A stretch of 64,000 bases of DNA from Octopus vulgaris. Taxonomy: Eukaryota. The stretch covers positions 46,810,001-46,874,000 of the forward strand of contig OX597834.1 of NCBI GenBank assembly GCA_951406725.2, read 5' to 3'. Each line of letters begins with the position of its first letter. Position 1 is the stretch's first letter. The notes beneath the pieces are model-generated. The model saw only the letters and a program-made list of their open reading frames with translations, made no database searches and was not told the origin of the DNA. A program made the translations under genes and the position numbers. Below are positions 1 through 12,482 of the stretch, one piece after another.

Positions 1-36
1 TACACTGGATGAAATGCTTAACGGTATTTCACCCGT

Positions 37-268
37 AGGCGGCGAGCTGGCAGAATCGTTAGCACGCCGGGTGAAATGCGTAACTGTATTTCATCTGCCA
101 TTACGTTCTGAGTTCAAATTCCGCCGAGGTCGACTTTGCCTTTCATCCTTTCGGGGTCGATAAATTAAGTACCAGTTACGCACTGGGGTCGATATAATCG
201 ACTTAATCCACTTGTCTGTCCTTGTTTGTCCTCTCTATGTTTAGCCCATTGTGGGTAGTAAAGAAATA
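37..268 (+). mobile_element. SINE family A copy with Tx1-like tail, nested in another family A copy
   Basis: tRNA-like head (TGGCAGAATCGTTAG...GAGTTCAAATTCC) and central CCTTTCATCCTTTCGGGGTCGATAAATTAAGTACCAG (resembles Nin/Deu-type SINE core). 14-bp TSD GGTATTTCACCCGT at 23-36 and 269-282. Confidence 0.9.
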
Positions 269-1462
269 GGTATTTCACCCGTCACTATATTCTGAGTTCA
301 AATTCTGTTGAGGTCAACTTTGCCTTCCATCCTTTCAGGGTTGATAAATTAAGTACAAGTCAAGTACTGAGGTCGATGTGATTGACTTACCCCTCCCCCA
401 AAATTTCAGGCCTTGCACCTTTTGTAGAAAGGATTATTATCATTATTATTTTTAAGGTGGTGAGCTGGCAGAATCGTTAGCATGCCAGGCAAAATGCTTA
501 GTGGCATTTCATACACCCTTACATTCTGAGTTCAAATTCCACCCAGGTCAACTTTGCCTTTCATCCCTTTCGGGGTCAATAAAATAAGTACCAGTTGATC
601 ACTGGAGTTGATGTAATCAACTTACTCTCACCCCTAAAATTTCTGGCCTTGTGCTAAGGTTTGAAACCATTATTACTATTATTATTGAGTGAGAGAGCAG
701 GACACATCATCAAAGTGACTCCAGGCTACAAATATATGAATCCCAATGTCTCCATCATGGCCATCTGCCTGATAAGGGTACACCAACCAAATGCATCAGA
801 GCTATACGTGTGGGAGATGGTGATCTCATATCAAGATAAATAGCACATCCTGTCACATGACCACATGACCAACCAGGCTATCAAATATTGTTACACATCG
901 CTGGTCACAATGTGCTTTGCATCATTTTAGCCTTCATACGATGCCATCTGATAGGCTAGGTGAGCAGGCTAAATAGCATATGACCTTGATTATTATAATT
1001 ATCATTATTAAGGCAGCAAGCTGGCCGAATAATTAGCATGCCTGGCTAAATACTTACCGGCATTTCATACATCCTTACCTTCTGAATTCAAATCCTGCCA
1101 AGGTTGACTTTGCCTTTCATAATTTTAGGGTTGATAAAATAAGTAGTAGTTGAACATTGGGGTCAATGAAATCAGCTTACCCCAACCCCACAAAATACAG
1201 GCCTTGCACCAAAATTTGAAACCATTGTTATTATTATTCATTTATTTCTGAAGGCAGCAAGCTGGCAGAATAATTAGTGCACTGGGCGAAATGCTTAGTG
1301 GTATTTCGCCTGTTGCTATGTTGTGAGTTCAAATTCTGCTGAGGTCGACTTTGCTTTCCATCTTTGCAGGTTGATTAAATAAGTACCGGTTACACACTGG
1401 GGTTGATGTAATCGACTTAATCCCCTCCCCCAAGTTGCTGTTGTGGTAAAAATTTGAAATCA
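269..1462 (+). mobile_element. Cluster of SINE family A copies separated by (ATT)n
   Basis: Copies at ~269-435, 455-670, 1010-1225, 1250-1462, each ending in GAAACCATTATT- or GGATTATTAT-like tails; an unrelated repeat lies at ~685-980. Confidence 0.85.
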
Positions 1463-1467
1463 TTATT

Positions 1468-1900
1468 ACTCTTTTAGTCTTTTACTTGTTTCAGTCATTT
1501 AACTACAGCCATGATGGAGCACCACCTTTAGTCAAGCAAATCGACCCCAGGACTTATTCTTTGTAAGCCTAGTACTTATTCTATTGGTCTATTTTGCCAA
1601 ACAACTAAGTTATGGGGATGTAAACACACCAGCATCGGTTGTCAAGCAATGTTTGGGGGACAAACACAGACACACAAACGCGCACACACACACATACACA
1701 CACATATATACATATATATATATACATACATATATACGACGGGCTTTTTTTCAGTTTCCATCTACCAAATCTACTCACAAGGCTTTGGTCAGCCCGGGGC
1801 TATAGTAGAAGACACTTGCCCAAAGTGCTACGCAGCGGGACTAAACCCGGAACCATGTGGTTGGTAAGCAAGCTACTTACCACACAGCCACTCCTACGCC
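1468..1900 (-). mobile_element. SINE family B (CORE-like, internal TA/TG microsatellite, CR1-like tail)
   Basis: Reverse complement of GGAGTGGCTGTGTGGTAAG...TTGGGCAAGTGTC...microsatellite...CTGAAACAAGTAAAAGA. Confidence 0.9.
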
Positions 1901-2659
1901 TATTATTCATTTATTTTGTTTTATTTTTTATTTATATTTTTTTTACACAAAATTTCAATTTTCCAACATGATATTTTTCACTTCCTTATATGTTCTTTCA
2001 TTTTTGTGGGTGCCTTTGTTTTTCTTTTTGTGTTGTCTTGGTTTCATATATCCCCTCCTCCAATGCCCTTTCTCCTCTTAAAGAATCTTTGTCTTGAAAG
2101 TTACTTGGTGGACCTGCTAGTGGTAGTGCCACGTAAAAAGCATCCAGTCAACACTGTAAAGTGGTTGGCATTTGGAAGGGAATCCAGCTGTACACATAAA
2201 AACACTCACTCAGTTCTCTCTGGAGTGGGTGGTATTAGGGAGGGCACCCAACCATAAAAACCATGCCAAAACAGACACAGAAGTCTGGTGCAGTTTTCAA
2301 CCTATGCCAGCATGGAAAGTGAGCGTTAAACAATGATGATAATTAAGATGATATATATATATATATATATATATATAGATAGATAGATAGATAGATATAT
2401 GTGTGTGTGTGTTGCCTTCTCAGTTTTTTCCCCATTACTTTTCTTTTTCAATTTTTTTACTTTGTTATGATATCTGGGTTGTGTCTGATAAATATGAGAT
2501 ATTTCTCAACATATGAAACTATTAGTAGCACTTAAAAAAAATGTATCGTGTCCATTAAATAAATAGTATTTATCTCTTACCAGATGGAGTACTTGTTGAA
2601 TTTTCCATCATGGAATGGTACATTATATTTATATACATGTATTTCTTGTTTGTTTTCAG

Positions 2660-2796
2660 ATTCAACACCATCTTGGAGAATATTTACAGGAACAGAGACC
2701 AAATCAAATCTAAAGTTTATACAAAACCTTTTTCTTCTTCTCCGCAATGGATATTAGCTGTTGCTGTTTGGTTCAAGAAGCTACATGCTAAATCAG
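2660..2796 (+). CDS. Candidate internal exon of an unidentified host gene
   Basis: Pyrimidine tract TTTCTTGTTTGTTTTCAG, 137 nt open in one frame (FNTILENIYRNRDQIKSKVYTKPFSSSPQWILAVAVWFKKLHAKS), donor CAG|GTAAAT; not recognisably repetitive. Confidence 0.45.
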
Positions 2797-3117
2797 GTAA
2801 ATATGTCGTACATCATAGTCCAAATGGTGCAATGTTTCAGTCAGGGATGAAGGAGAAGAGTAAGGGAGGGGATTTTTTTCTGATGGTGATTTTTCCTTGC
2901 CTTTCTCAACTCTCTCTTTCTCTCCCTCCCTCTTTCTTTCTCTCTTTCTTTCTTACATCACTTACAGCCCTATGCATTTATTAGAAGCTCTGTGTCTTCA
3001 CTATGACCCTCAGGCCACCCAATGTCTTGTGAGTGAATTTGATAGATGGAAACTGTAGAAGCTTGTCGTGTGTAAGCATGTGTGTATGTATGTATGAATA
3101 TATGTATGTTCTATGGT

Positions 3118-3355
3118 GTGGAGGTGCATGGCTTAGTGGTTAGGGTGTCAGCATCATGATCGTAAGATTGTGGTTTCGATTCCTGGATCAGCCGACGCAT
3201 TGTGTTCTTGAGCAAAACACTTCATTTCATGTTGCTCCAGTCCACTCAGCTGGCAAAAATGAGTAACGCTGTGATGGACTGGTGTCCCGTCCAGCTGGGG
3301 AACACATACACCAAAGAAACCGGGAAACCAGGCCCATGAGCTTGGCTAGGCTTTA
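3118..3355 (+). mobile_element. SINE family C (tRNA head)
   Basis: A box TGGCTTAGTGG, B box GTTTCGATTCC, body TGTGTTCTTGAGCAAAACACTTCATTTC...CCACTCAGCTG. Confidence 0.85.
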
Positions 3356-3369
3356 AAAATTTTTTATTA

Positions 3370-3765
3370 TGTTCTATGGTGAACTGTGAACTGGAAAGCA
3401 TCCTCAGCTAAGCCATAAAAATGTACAAACGGTGCATAAAAGACAACTGGGAAGAACTAGATTTGGAAAAAACTGAGTGGAGGAAGTATATAAGGGAAGG
3501 CTATAAAGCTTTCGAAGAGGATAATCTTGAGCCTAAATGCTGGCTTCGGAGGGGCTGTCATCAAAGTTTCATTGAGATAATGAAGTATTGGAGGTCCAAA
3601 ACATGTGGCCATGTAGTCCTTTCCAACTCTGAGTATGTCAGCCATCTGTAGCCCCATGTATGATCAACTCTGTGCAATGTCCTTGCTGCTGGACTGAGTG
3701 ATTTGATGTGTGTAGTGTGTGAAAGGACTTGCCTGAAGAGGCATATGGCAGTTCATATTGCACAA
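3370..3765 (+). mobile_element. Degenerate RTE/BovB-like LINE 3' fragment
   Basis: FYGEL, WEEL...EWRKYI and C2H2-like remnants (TCGHVV..SHL; CVVCE..RHMAVH) with stops and frameshifts. Confidence 0.55.
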
Positions 3766-4292
3766 GGATTATAATTCACAAAGAGTAGAAGTTATATGAC
3801 TTTCGTTTGTCGTCTATGATTCAAACTCATGAAGTGAGATTGAATAATCAGCTGCAAGGTCATCGATGGAATGTCTGAAATGCCATTGACAATGAAGAAA
3901 CTTAGAGAGACAGCAATCATCTGTGTAGAAGGAGCAGTCACCATATATATGTGTATATATGTATGTGCATGTGTGATGGTTGCTGACTGGGAGGACATCA
4001 GATGGGAAAAAAATCTACCTCAATAAACTCCACCTTGTCCATTCAAGCATGGAAAAGTGGGTGTAGAAATGATGGGGATGTTGGTAGTGTGGATGATGAT
4101 GACAGTGATGAGGATAATGATGACAAGGATGATGACGATGATGATGATGGTGGTGATGTGTTCCACAACAACCTCATTTCAATGTTTCCTCTCTTGTTTA
4201 AGTTTTTTTGTTTGTTTGTTTCAAAATGTTTCCTTTTGTTCTCACCCCAACCCTCATCCCTAATCTTAACCCCTTAATCCCCAAACCCTTAA

Positions 4293-4507
4293 CCTTTAAT
4301 GTTACCATATTTATTTTGGAGATGCTCTGTGTTTCTTTCAATTAATTTTCAATATAACGTAAAATAACTTCGTTATCATTAAGCTAGTGCTAGGAACATA
4401 AATTGTGATTAAGGTTTGGTGGGAAATTTTAATTCAAAACTTAATGAAAACAAGACATTTGTACTACAGAACCAGAGCCGGTTTCAGTTGGGTTGGTATT
4501 GAAAAGG
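4293..4507. mobile_element. piggyBac-like MITE
   Basis: TTAA at 4289-4292 and 4508-4511; imperfect TIRs CCTTTAATGTTACC / GGTATTGAAAAGG. Confidence 0.6.
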
Positions 4508-4575
4508 TTAAAGGGGTCTTTCCCAGTTTCACCTTCGACAAACCAAAAACCAAAAACCTTTTACAAATGCATCAG

Positions 4576-4632
4576 ATATTTCTTAGAAGCGGTCGTTATG
4601 TCGCAACTATTTCTGAGTGGGAATCAACTCTG
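4576..4632 (+). CDS. Candidate 57-nt cassette exon
   Basis: CAG| acceptor, 3n length (IFLRSGRYVATISEWESTL in phase 0), donor CTG|GTGAGG; TGCATG cluster downstream. Confidence 0.35.
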
Positions 4633-5185
4633 GTGAGGAATCTCAAGGAATCTTGCTAACAACATTGACTGTTATTTTTCAAATACACTTCTTATGATAT
4701 TATACAGTCTTGTGTGTGTGTGTGTGTGTATGCATGTGTGGATATATGTGTGTGTGTTTTGTTTGTGTGTGTGTATGCCCTCATGTATGTATATGTATGC
4801 CTGTATGTGTGTATGGATGCATGTGTGTGCTTTGTGTGTGTGTGTGTATGTATGTCTGCGCGTGCATGCATGCATGTTGCAGGCTCTTTGAATTTCCTCT
4901 GACAATCCCTTGCAAGGAGACAGAGATAGAGAGAATGATACACAGTGAGGAATTTGGTTTCATGGTTTCACCTCTATTTTGTACTTGACATTGGGTGTTG
5001 GCTTTATATAACGTATTCGGGGTTTGTTATGGTTTGGGGTTGGTTCGGGTTGCTTTGGTATTCAGAAATGTACTTCTTCAGGTAGTTTGTTTCTTCTGTA
5101 TATATAAGACTAACACCTAAAATGTTTTTAGTATAATCCTTATTACTGTTGCCGTTGATGTTTTGCCTGATGATGTAAGAATTTA

Positions 5186-5392
5186 TTCTTTACTCTTTTA
5201 CTTGTTTCAGTCATTTGACTGTGGCCATGCTGGAGCACCCCCTTTAGTCGGGCAAATTGACCCCAGGACTTATTCTTTGGAAGCCTAATACTTATTCTGT
5301 CAGTCTCTTTTGCTAAACCGTTAAGTTATGGGGACGTAAACACACCAGCATCGGTTATCAAGCAATGTTGGAGGACAAACACAGACACACAA

Positions 5393-5451
<59 letters not shown>

Positions 5452-5610
5452 CAACAGGCTTCTTTCAGTTTCCATCTACCAAATCCATTCACAAGGCTTT
5501 GGTCAGCCTGAGACTATAGTAGAAAACACTTGCCCAAGGGGTTACGCAGTGGGAATGAACCCAGAACCATATGGTTGGTAAGCAAGCTACTTACCACACA
5601 GCCACTCCTG
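5186..5610 (-). mobile_element. SINE family B
   Basis: Full head, internal (CA)n/(TA)n and tail, as at 1468-1900. Confidence 0.9.
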
Positions 5611-5659
5611 ATTAAGCTATAAGTCTTACCATCCAAATGTATGATAATACTTATAGCTT

Positions 5660-6326
5660 AATCTATTTTGTTACCACATTTCTGTTGAAGTACACTGCCT
5701 TTGTTTTTAATTAATTTTGACAATTATGAAGAATTTAGTGAAATAACTTTTGTTATTATTAAGTTGATGTTTGGAATCTATACTAACCTCATACTTTGAT
5801 CAAAGGTTTTAATTTAGGTTACTTTAAGATAGGTTGCTATCAAAACATTTTGTTAGCATAATTCTGTTAGAATGCACGGCCCCTTTGTTTCAATTAATTT
5901 GGAGAATGATAAAGAATTATTTTAAATAATTATTAATCTGGCATTCGGAACATAAATCAATATGAAATTTTGATGGAACATTTTTGTTACCATCTTTCTG
6001 TTAAACCTTAGTTTCAGTTGATATTGAAAATAATGAAGACTTTGGTAAAATAACTTTTGCTATTATTAAGTTGGTGTCTGGAATGAAAACATGAAATTTT
6101 GATGGAAGGTTTCAATTCAAATCACTTTAACCATTTTGTTACCATATTCTTGTTGCAATATACTGCTATTTGTTACAATCAGTTTTGAAAGTAATGAATG
6201 ATTTTGCCATTATTAAGTTGGTGTTTGGAATGGAAACTAACATGAAAGTTTAGATCCCTTTGAAGTAAGAAGCTTATATCATAGATCTGGAGTCAGTCTC
6301 TGGCTGATTGGTGTTCAAAGAGTTAA
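5660..6326. repeat. Tandem array (~4 units) of the 4293-4507 MITE
   Basis: ATTTTGTTACCA...ATTAAG.TGG.GTTTGGAA-like units at ~5660, 5845, 5980, 6130, ending AAAGAGTTAA. Confidence 0.6.
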
Positions 6327-6543
6327 CCCTTTAGCATGTAAACTGGCCATCCCAGCCCAAATATTCAGTCAGTATTATGTTGGCCACATCTGGTCTCTCA
6401 CATTCATACAACAATGTCATTTTACAAATAAAACATTACATCATTGCAGTTTCAAAGCTATGAGAGAATGCATGATTAATTGAAAATAATGTGAATAGAT
6501 AAATAAGTGTTACATTTGACAGAATAATATGAATGCTAAAGAG
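6327..6543. mobile_element. piggyBac-like MITE (second family)
   Basis: TTAA flanks (6323-6326, 6544-6547); TIRs CCCTTTAGCAT / ATGCTAAAGAG. Confidence 0.7.
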
Positions 6544-8627
6544 TTAAGGCAGAGGTTCATGGCCTGAGAAATAGGACCTCTTTGGGTGAAAGGAGTTGTA
6601 AGCTCACAAGGGAGTGACAAACATTAAGGGAACACTATGAGAGACACTAGGTTAGAGGTGGGGTGGGTCATGATTTTTCTTATTAATAAAACACCCTTTG
6701 AACTTTGGGCTTCATGGAGATAGTAACATGTGACCGACACCTTTGGTAATACACCGAGCTTCAGAATACCTCCAAGTGAGATTATAGTCGTGGCTGATGC
6801 TGGTGGTTTATAACTGGCACCCATGCTGGTGGCATGTGAAAAGCACCCACTACACTCTTGGAATGATTGGTGTTAGGAAGGGCCTCCAGCTGTAGAAGAA
6901 ACCATGCCAAATCTGATTGGCACCTGGTGTAGCACCTACCAGATTTCAGTCAAACCGTCCAACCCATGCCAGCATGAAAAACGGACGTTAAATGATGATG
7001 ATGGTGGTGGTGGCGGTGGTAAAAACATTTACCCTAGGCACAATACTCATATTTTTAATTCATTTTCAAAAAAAATCTTTGTCAGAATTAAGATATAAAT
7101 AGAATATTGTGTTGTCAGTGTGTAAAAAGACAACCATTCACTTGCTGAGATCCAATTGTGTGGTAAGAAGTTTGCTTCCCAACCACATGGTTTCAAGTTC
7201 AGTCCTACTGCGTGGCATCTTAGGCAAGTGTCTTCTGCTATAGCTCTGGGTCAACCAAATAATGATGATGACGATGATGACAGGTGTGATTAATGTAATA
7301 ATGAAGATACTGTCCATGATGACTACAACAACCGGGATGACTATGATGATGATGATGATGAAAACAAGGATGGTGGTGGTGGTGGTGGTGGTGGTGGTAA
7401 TGATGAAAATAATGTCTTTGATGATGGTGATAACAACGATAATGATGACATGAGGAGGATGGTGTTGATGGTGATTATGATGAGAATGACAATAATGATA
7501 AATTGCAATACATAGCCAGTGTTTTTCACTTACCATCATCATTATCATCATCATGATTTTACATTCATTTTTCCTCAATGGCATATTGTTTGACAGGTTT
7601 CACAGCATCTCATCCATCATTATCTATGGTTAGACACCCTTCCTCTGACTGACCACTTTACAGCATCAAAGCAGTGCCACCAGCACAAGTTGCCTGCTGC
7701 AGAAATTAAGAGTCTCCTCTATGTTGTTTTTATAGAGTTACCATTCTTCTAGAGTTAGTGGTTCACAACCATTCTTTAACTTACAAACCCTTTTGATTAT
7801 TATTTTGTTCTGGTGGATTCCCATAATTACTCAATGTTCAAAAACTCATCTATAGATACTTCTTTCAAAATTCCAATCTTGCTTTCCAAACGTTAACTTT
7901 TGGGACAATGCATTTTCTCTAGAATCGTTTCCCCTGCTACTGCCCTGTTACTACAGGGGAGAAAACTCATGTGGTGACTTGATGCACTTACAATGTGCTA
8001 AAGGTTAACTTGAATAGGTTGAACTATGTAAGACATTGGAGAAAGAAACTTAGCTGTTTCTTGTAATGAATGCATGCAAATCACCCCCATTCGATCTTCA
8101 ATATGGAAGGACACTTTGGATAATCTAGTCTTGGCAGGCACTTTGACAGGAATTTTATCAGAGTGAGCTGGATTTCTTTCAAACCCTTTTCTCTTCTGCG
8201 AATGTTAATCTTCAATAAATATCAATATTTTCGAAGACACCTAAACATTCTTAAGCTCGTGTATAATGTCCCCATTACTTCCCCATCCATCCCATAAGCC
8301 CTTTAAAACCAAGTAAAACAATATTTCATTACACTATCACTCTAAACCTGAATATATTTTCATCTTTATTGAGCACTATGCTAAAAATGCTTTACACCCA
8401 AAAAATATTGTTATGCTAATAGAATATCTGTTTGTCATTAACATGTTGGTGTGTGTGTGTATACAGGTGTATACACATGCACATACATAGGTATAAATGA
8501 CTTTGATAAGTGCTACACATGAAACTACTGGCTCTTGTGTTATTTATGTTGTATTATATATATATAAACTGAAGCATACACATATGTATATTATATATAT
8601 GTGTGTGTGTATATATATATATATATA

Positions 8628-9633
8628 CCCCTGCTGGTGACAAAAGGCCTCTCGCTCAAAGTAAAAGGCAGACTGTATGATGCATGTGTACGTACAGCCA
8701 TGCTACATGGTAGTGAAACTTGGGCTGTGACTGCTGAGGATTTGCGTAAGCTCGCAAGAAATGAAGCTAGTATGCTCCGATGGATGTGTAACGTCAGTGT
8801 TCATAATCGACAGAGTGTAAGTACCTTGAGAGAAAAGTTGAACCTAAGAAGCATCAGTTGTTGTGTGCAAGAGAGACGTTTGCGCTGGTATGGTCATGTG
8901 ATGAGAATGGCTGAAGATAGTTGTGTGCGAAAGTGCCACACCCTGGCAGTTGAGGGAACCTGTGGAAGAGGTAAACCTGGGACGAGGTGGTGAAGCATGA
9001 CTTTCAAACTTTAGGTCTCACCAAGGAAATAACTAGAGACCGAGACCTATGGAAGTATGCTGTGTGTGAGAAGACCCGGCAAGACCAATGAGAACATAAC
9101 CTGTGGCCTAGATATCTTTCCTTCTTGGGACACAAAACTCCACTTGTGAAGACCCGTTGAGACAAGTGAAAATCAAATCAAATCAAAATCAAAATCAAAC
9201 CAAATCAAATCAGATATCAGAAAGCAGAACCAAAATCGAAGTCGATCAGCATCAATGGAAATTGCAGCTGTGGTTAAGCGAATCATCCAATCGTAGCCGT
9301 TGCCAGCGCCGCCCCGACTGGCCTCCGTGCCGGTGGCACATAAAAGCACCATCCTATTGTGTCCGTTGCCAGCCTCACCTGGCCCCGTGCCGGTGGCACG
9401 TAAAAGCACCATCCGTGCGTGGCCGTTTGCCAGCTCCATCTGGCACCTCTGTGGGTGGCACGTAAAAAGCACCCACTACACTCACGGAGTGGTTGGCGTT
9501 AGGAAGGGCATCCAGCCGTAGAAACACTGCCAGATCAGACTGGGCCTGATGCAGCCTTCTGGTTTCACAGACCCCAGTTGAACCGTCCAACCCATGCTAG
9601 CATGGAAAGCGGACGCTAAATGATGATGATGAT
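8628..9633 (+). mobile_element. 5'-truncated RTE LINE (ORF C-terminus, 3' UTR, (GAT)n tail)
   Basis: LYDACVRTAMLHGSETW...ERRLRWYGHV motifs; UTR ends CATGGAAAGCGGACGCTAAA(TGA)n. Confidence 0.92.
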
Positions 9634-9671
9634 ATATATATATATAAACTGAAACATACACATATGTATAT

Positions 9672-9720
<49 letters not shown>

Positions 9721-11130
9721 CACTTTATCCATGTACATATGTATTATACTTATATAAACTCACATATATATTTCATTAAAAATAACAAAAAGCAAAACAA
9801 GGAATTCACCTCCAGATTCTTCTGGCATTCAAGAATTTTGTTTGAGGTCGATGTTGCCATAAGAACCAGTAAAGCATTCCTCGACAGAGAAGAGCTGGCA
9901 GGCAGTCTTGCCTGTATATATATGTGTCTATCTGTGCAAGAATATATGTAATGTCTGAGGAGTGCACGTATGCATGCATGTGTGTGTGTGTGTGTAAGTG
10001 CATAGCTGCCAAATAAAGGGGCCCTTATAAACCAATTTATCCAAAGATACACAGATACACCCTTCCTCCGCCTTTCTTCTCTCACCACTACCATGTTCCC
10101 CCTCCTCCACGCCCATTCCCCCCCGTTCCCCTCCTACCCCCTCCCCTAAGTGAAACAAGTTTCTCTAAGTTTATCAAACCTAACAAACACGCTGTCAAAA
10201 TACAAACTCCTGCCGCTGCCTGTATCAGTTAACTTTTTGCTTATATCATTCCACCGATACCCCACCCCATCCAATCTGTTCTCTCTCTCTCTCTCTCTCT
10301 CGCTCTCTACATTCTTTCTTTCTCCCTGTTAATCTTTCTCTCTTCCTCTCTCCTTCTTCATTTCTTTTCTCAGTCTTTCTCCAATTTCCTCTGTGTATTA
10401 TCTTTCATCTTCTCTTTTCATCAGCCTCTCTCTCTCTCTAACCTTCTCTGTATATCTGTGTGTTTATCTGTCTATCTGTCTACCTATCTATCAATGTATT
10501 TATCTGTCTGTTCATCTATCCATCAGTCTGTCTGTCTGTCTGTCTATCAATCTCTTTGTATTCCTCTCTCTCTCTCTCTCTCCTATACTCATTTTCGTAT
10601 GTGTTTCTCCATTTTTCTCTTTGTGTATCTCTCATTCTCTGTGTGTTTGTGTGTGTTTTCCTTTTACCTTTTTAAATCTGTTTTACTCTTTTTATTTTCC
10701 TGTCATTAGTTTTCTCTCTTTCTTTCACTTTCTCTGTCTCACCTTTTTACCAACACCTTTCTCCCTACCCCATCTCTCTCTCTCTCTCTCTCTCGTACTA
10801 CAGACACGCACAGTTTACAATTATCTCCCCTCACTGCAGTATATATTACTCTCCCAGGTGTCAGCACATAACTCAGAAAAGAATCTACCTGCACTCTACC
10901 AAAGAAAAAACTTGAAAGGAAAAATTAAGAAATATCTCGACCTTTCTTCTTAACACTAACAGCAACGAATACTTCTTAACACTTTTATCCATCCATCTCT
11001 CTACCTGTTTGTCTGTCTATCTATCTACCCATGTATCTATCTACCTATCTATCTATCTATCTACCTATCTGTCTGTCTGTCTGTCTATCTACCTGTATAT
11101 ACACAGATATCTATCTTTGTAGATAGATAT

Positions 11131-11660
11131 GTTTCTTTATTAGCCACACAGGGCTGCACACAGATGGGACAGATTACAAAGTAGAGCTTTTCTTTTTTGG
11201 GGAAAGAAAAAAAAAGGTGGGGTAGGTTTTCGATCAAAAGGGATTGTAAAAGAGAAAGAAGAAGGAAAAAAAAAGGAAAAGAAACAAAAGAAAAAAAAAC
11301 GATCAATAGGGATCGTGTATCAGTGTCATGATGTAAGTGATGTAAGGTGTAAAGGGGGAAGCAGATAAGGTTTATCTGTGGGAAGAAAAGCCTACGGAAA
11401 AGACCATGGTAACCTTGGTCAATATTGTTACATGTTACCGTTTGAAGGAAGGAGGCGTGACAATACTGACAATAGACTCGGCTGATAAACCGACTTGTCC
11501 CACACGTGACAGCACTTGTTCGACATAAGCCCACAGATCGGAAATTGTTGGACACTGCACGAGTGCATGCAGAACGGTTTCGTCACTCTGACCGCAGGTC
11601 AGCTCCGTGTTTCTCGAGCTGTGTCTGTAGAGCTTATTCTGAATGGGTAGCACTTTTCAA
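11131..11660 (-). mobile_element. Tx1/L1-clade LINE 3' fragment in a (GATA)n-type tract
   Basis: zf-RVT-like C...ETVLHALVQCP..LW; UTR ends GCCCTGTGTGGCTAATAAAGAAAC; GATAGAT on both flanks. Confidence 0.8.
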
Positions 11661-12042
11661 GATAGATTGATATGTACTGTCATAATTTTCATCATCATCA
11701 CTACCACTACCACCATCTTCATCGTCCCATCACCATTCTCATCTCCACCATCTTCATCGCCATCATCAACGCAATCATCTCCATCATAATTACATCCCCG
11801 ACATCATTCGTCATCATCATCATCATCATTACAACATCATACTCAGTGTTGTTGTAATCTAAAAGACAGAGGATAGAATTGTAACTACCATTATTATTCA
11901 ACCCCAATGCTCAGCTCTTACTTTACCTTTTATTCTTTCCATGTTGAGGAAAGAACCAGTCTAGCACTGGGCTTTAGTCAATGTAATCGACTAACTCACT
12001 TCTGCTAAAACTACCGGCTATGTACCAAAATTTCAAACCACA

Positions 12043-12077
<35 letters not shown>

Positions 12078-12104
12078 GATTATTATTATTATTATTATTA
12101 TTAT

Positions 12105-12468
12105 TACCTCCGCCTTAGCGAAGACAGAGGTATTGTTTTCAGTCATGTTTGTTTGTTTGTCCATGGACAAGATATCCTAGGAACCGCTAGATGGATTCAG
12201 ATGAAACTATCCATGATTTTTGGCCTTGTGACTAGAACAAACTGATTAGCTTTCAGGATGAATCTGGCACCAGACAACTATTCTGGATTATTTTTCCTGT
12301 TTTTTTTTACTTAATTTTTGAGAGCGGTCAGGTCCATTTTTAGTATTCTCATTTAAGAGAACAGTCGAGTTTATTTCAGATATTCTCATTTTAAAACTCA
12401 TCTCTGGCCAATCGTTGAGAGGACATTGGTATTGCTTTGGCAGAGTTTTGCGCTCTCTGAGGGCTCTT
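12105..12468 (+). mobile_element. Non-autonomous Helentron/DINE-like element
   Basis: Subterminal IRs ACCTCCGCC / GGCAGAGTT, internal GTTT repeats, 3' hairpin GCGCTC-TCT-GAGGGC; inserted in (ATT)n. Confidence 0.6.
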
Positions 12469-12482
12469 ATTATTATTATTAA

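Noticed and set aside
3118-3190. tRNA-like sequences with A and B boxes
   Set aside because: They continue into SINE bodies and lack a complete cloverleaf, so they are SINE heads rather than tRNA genes.
4240-4292. Telomere-like CCCTAA/TAACC repeats (also ~25765 and ~47288)
   Set aside because: Only a few degenerate units; not a real interstitial telomeric array.
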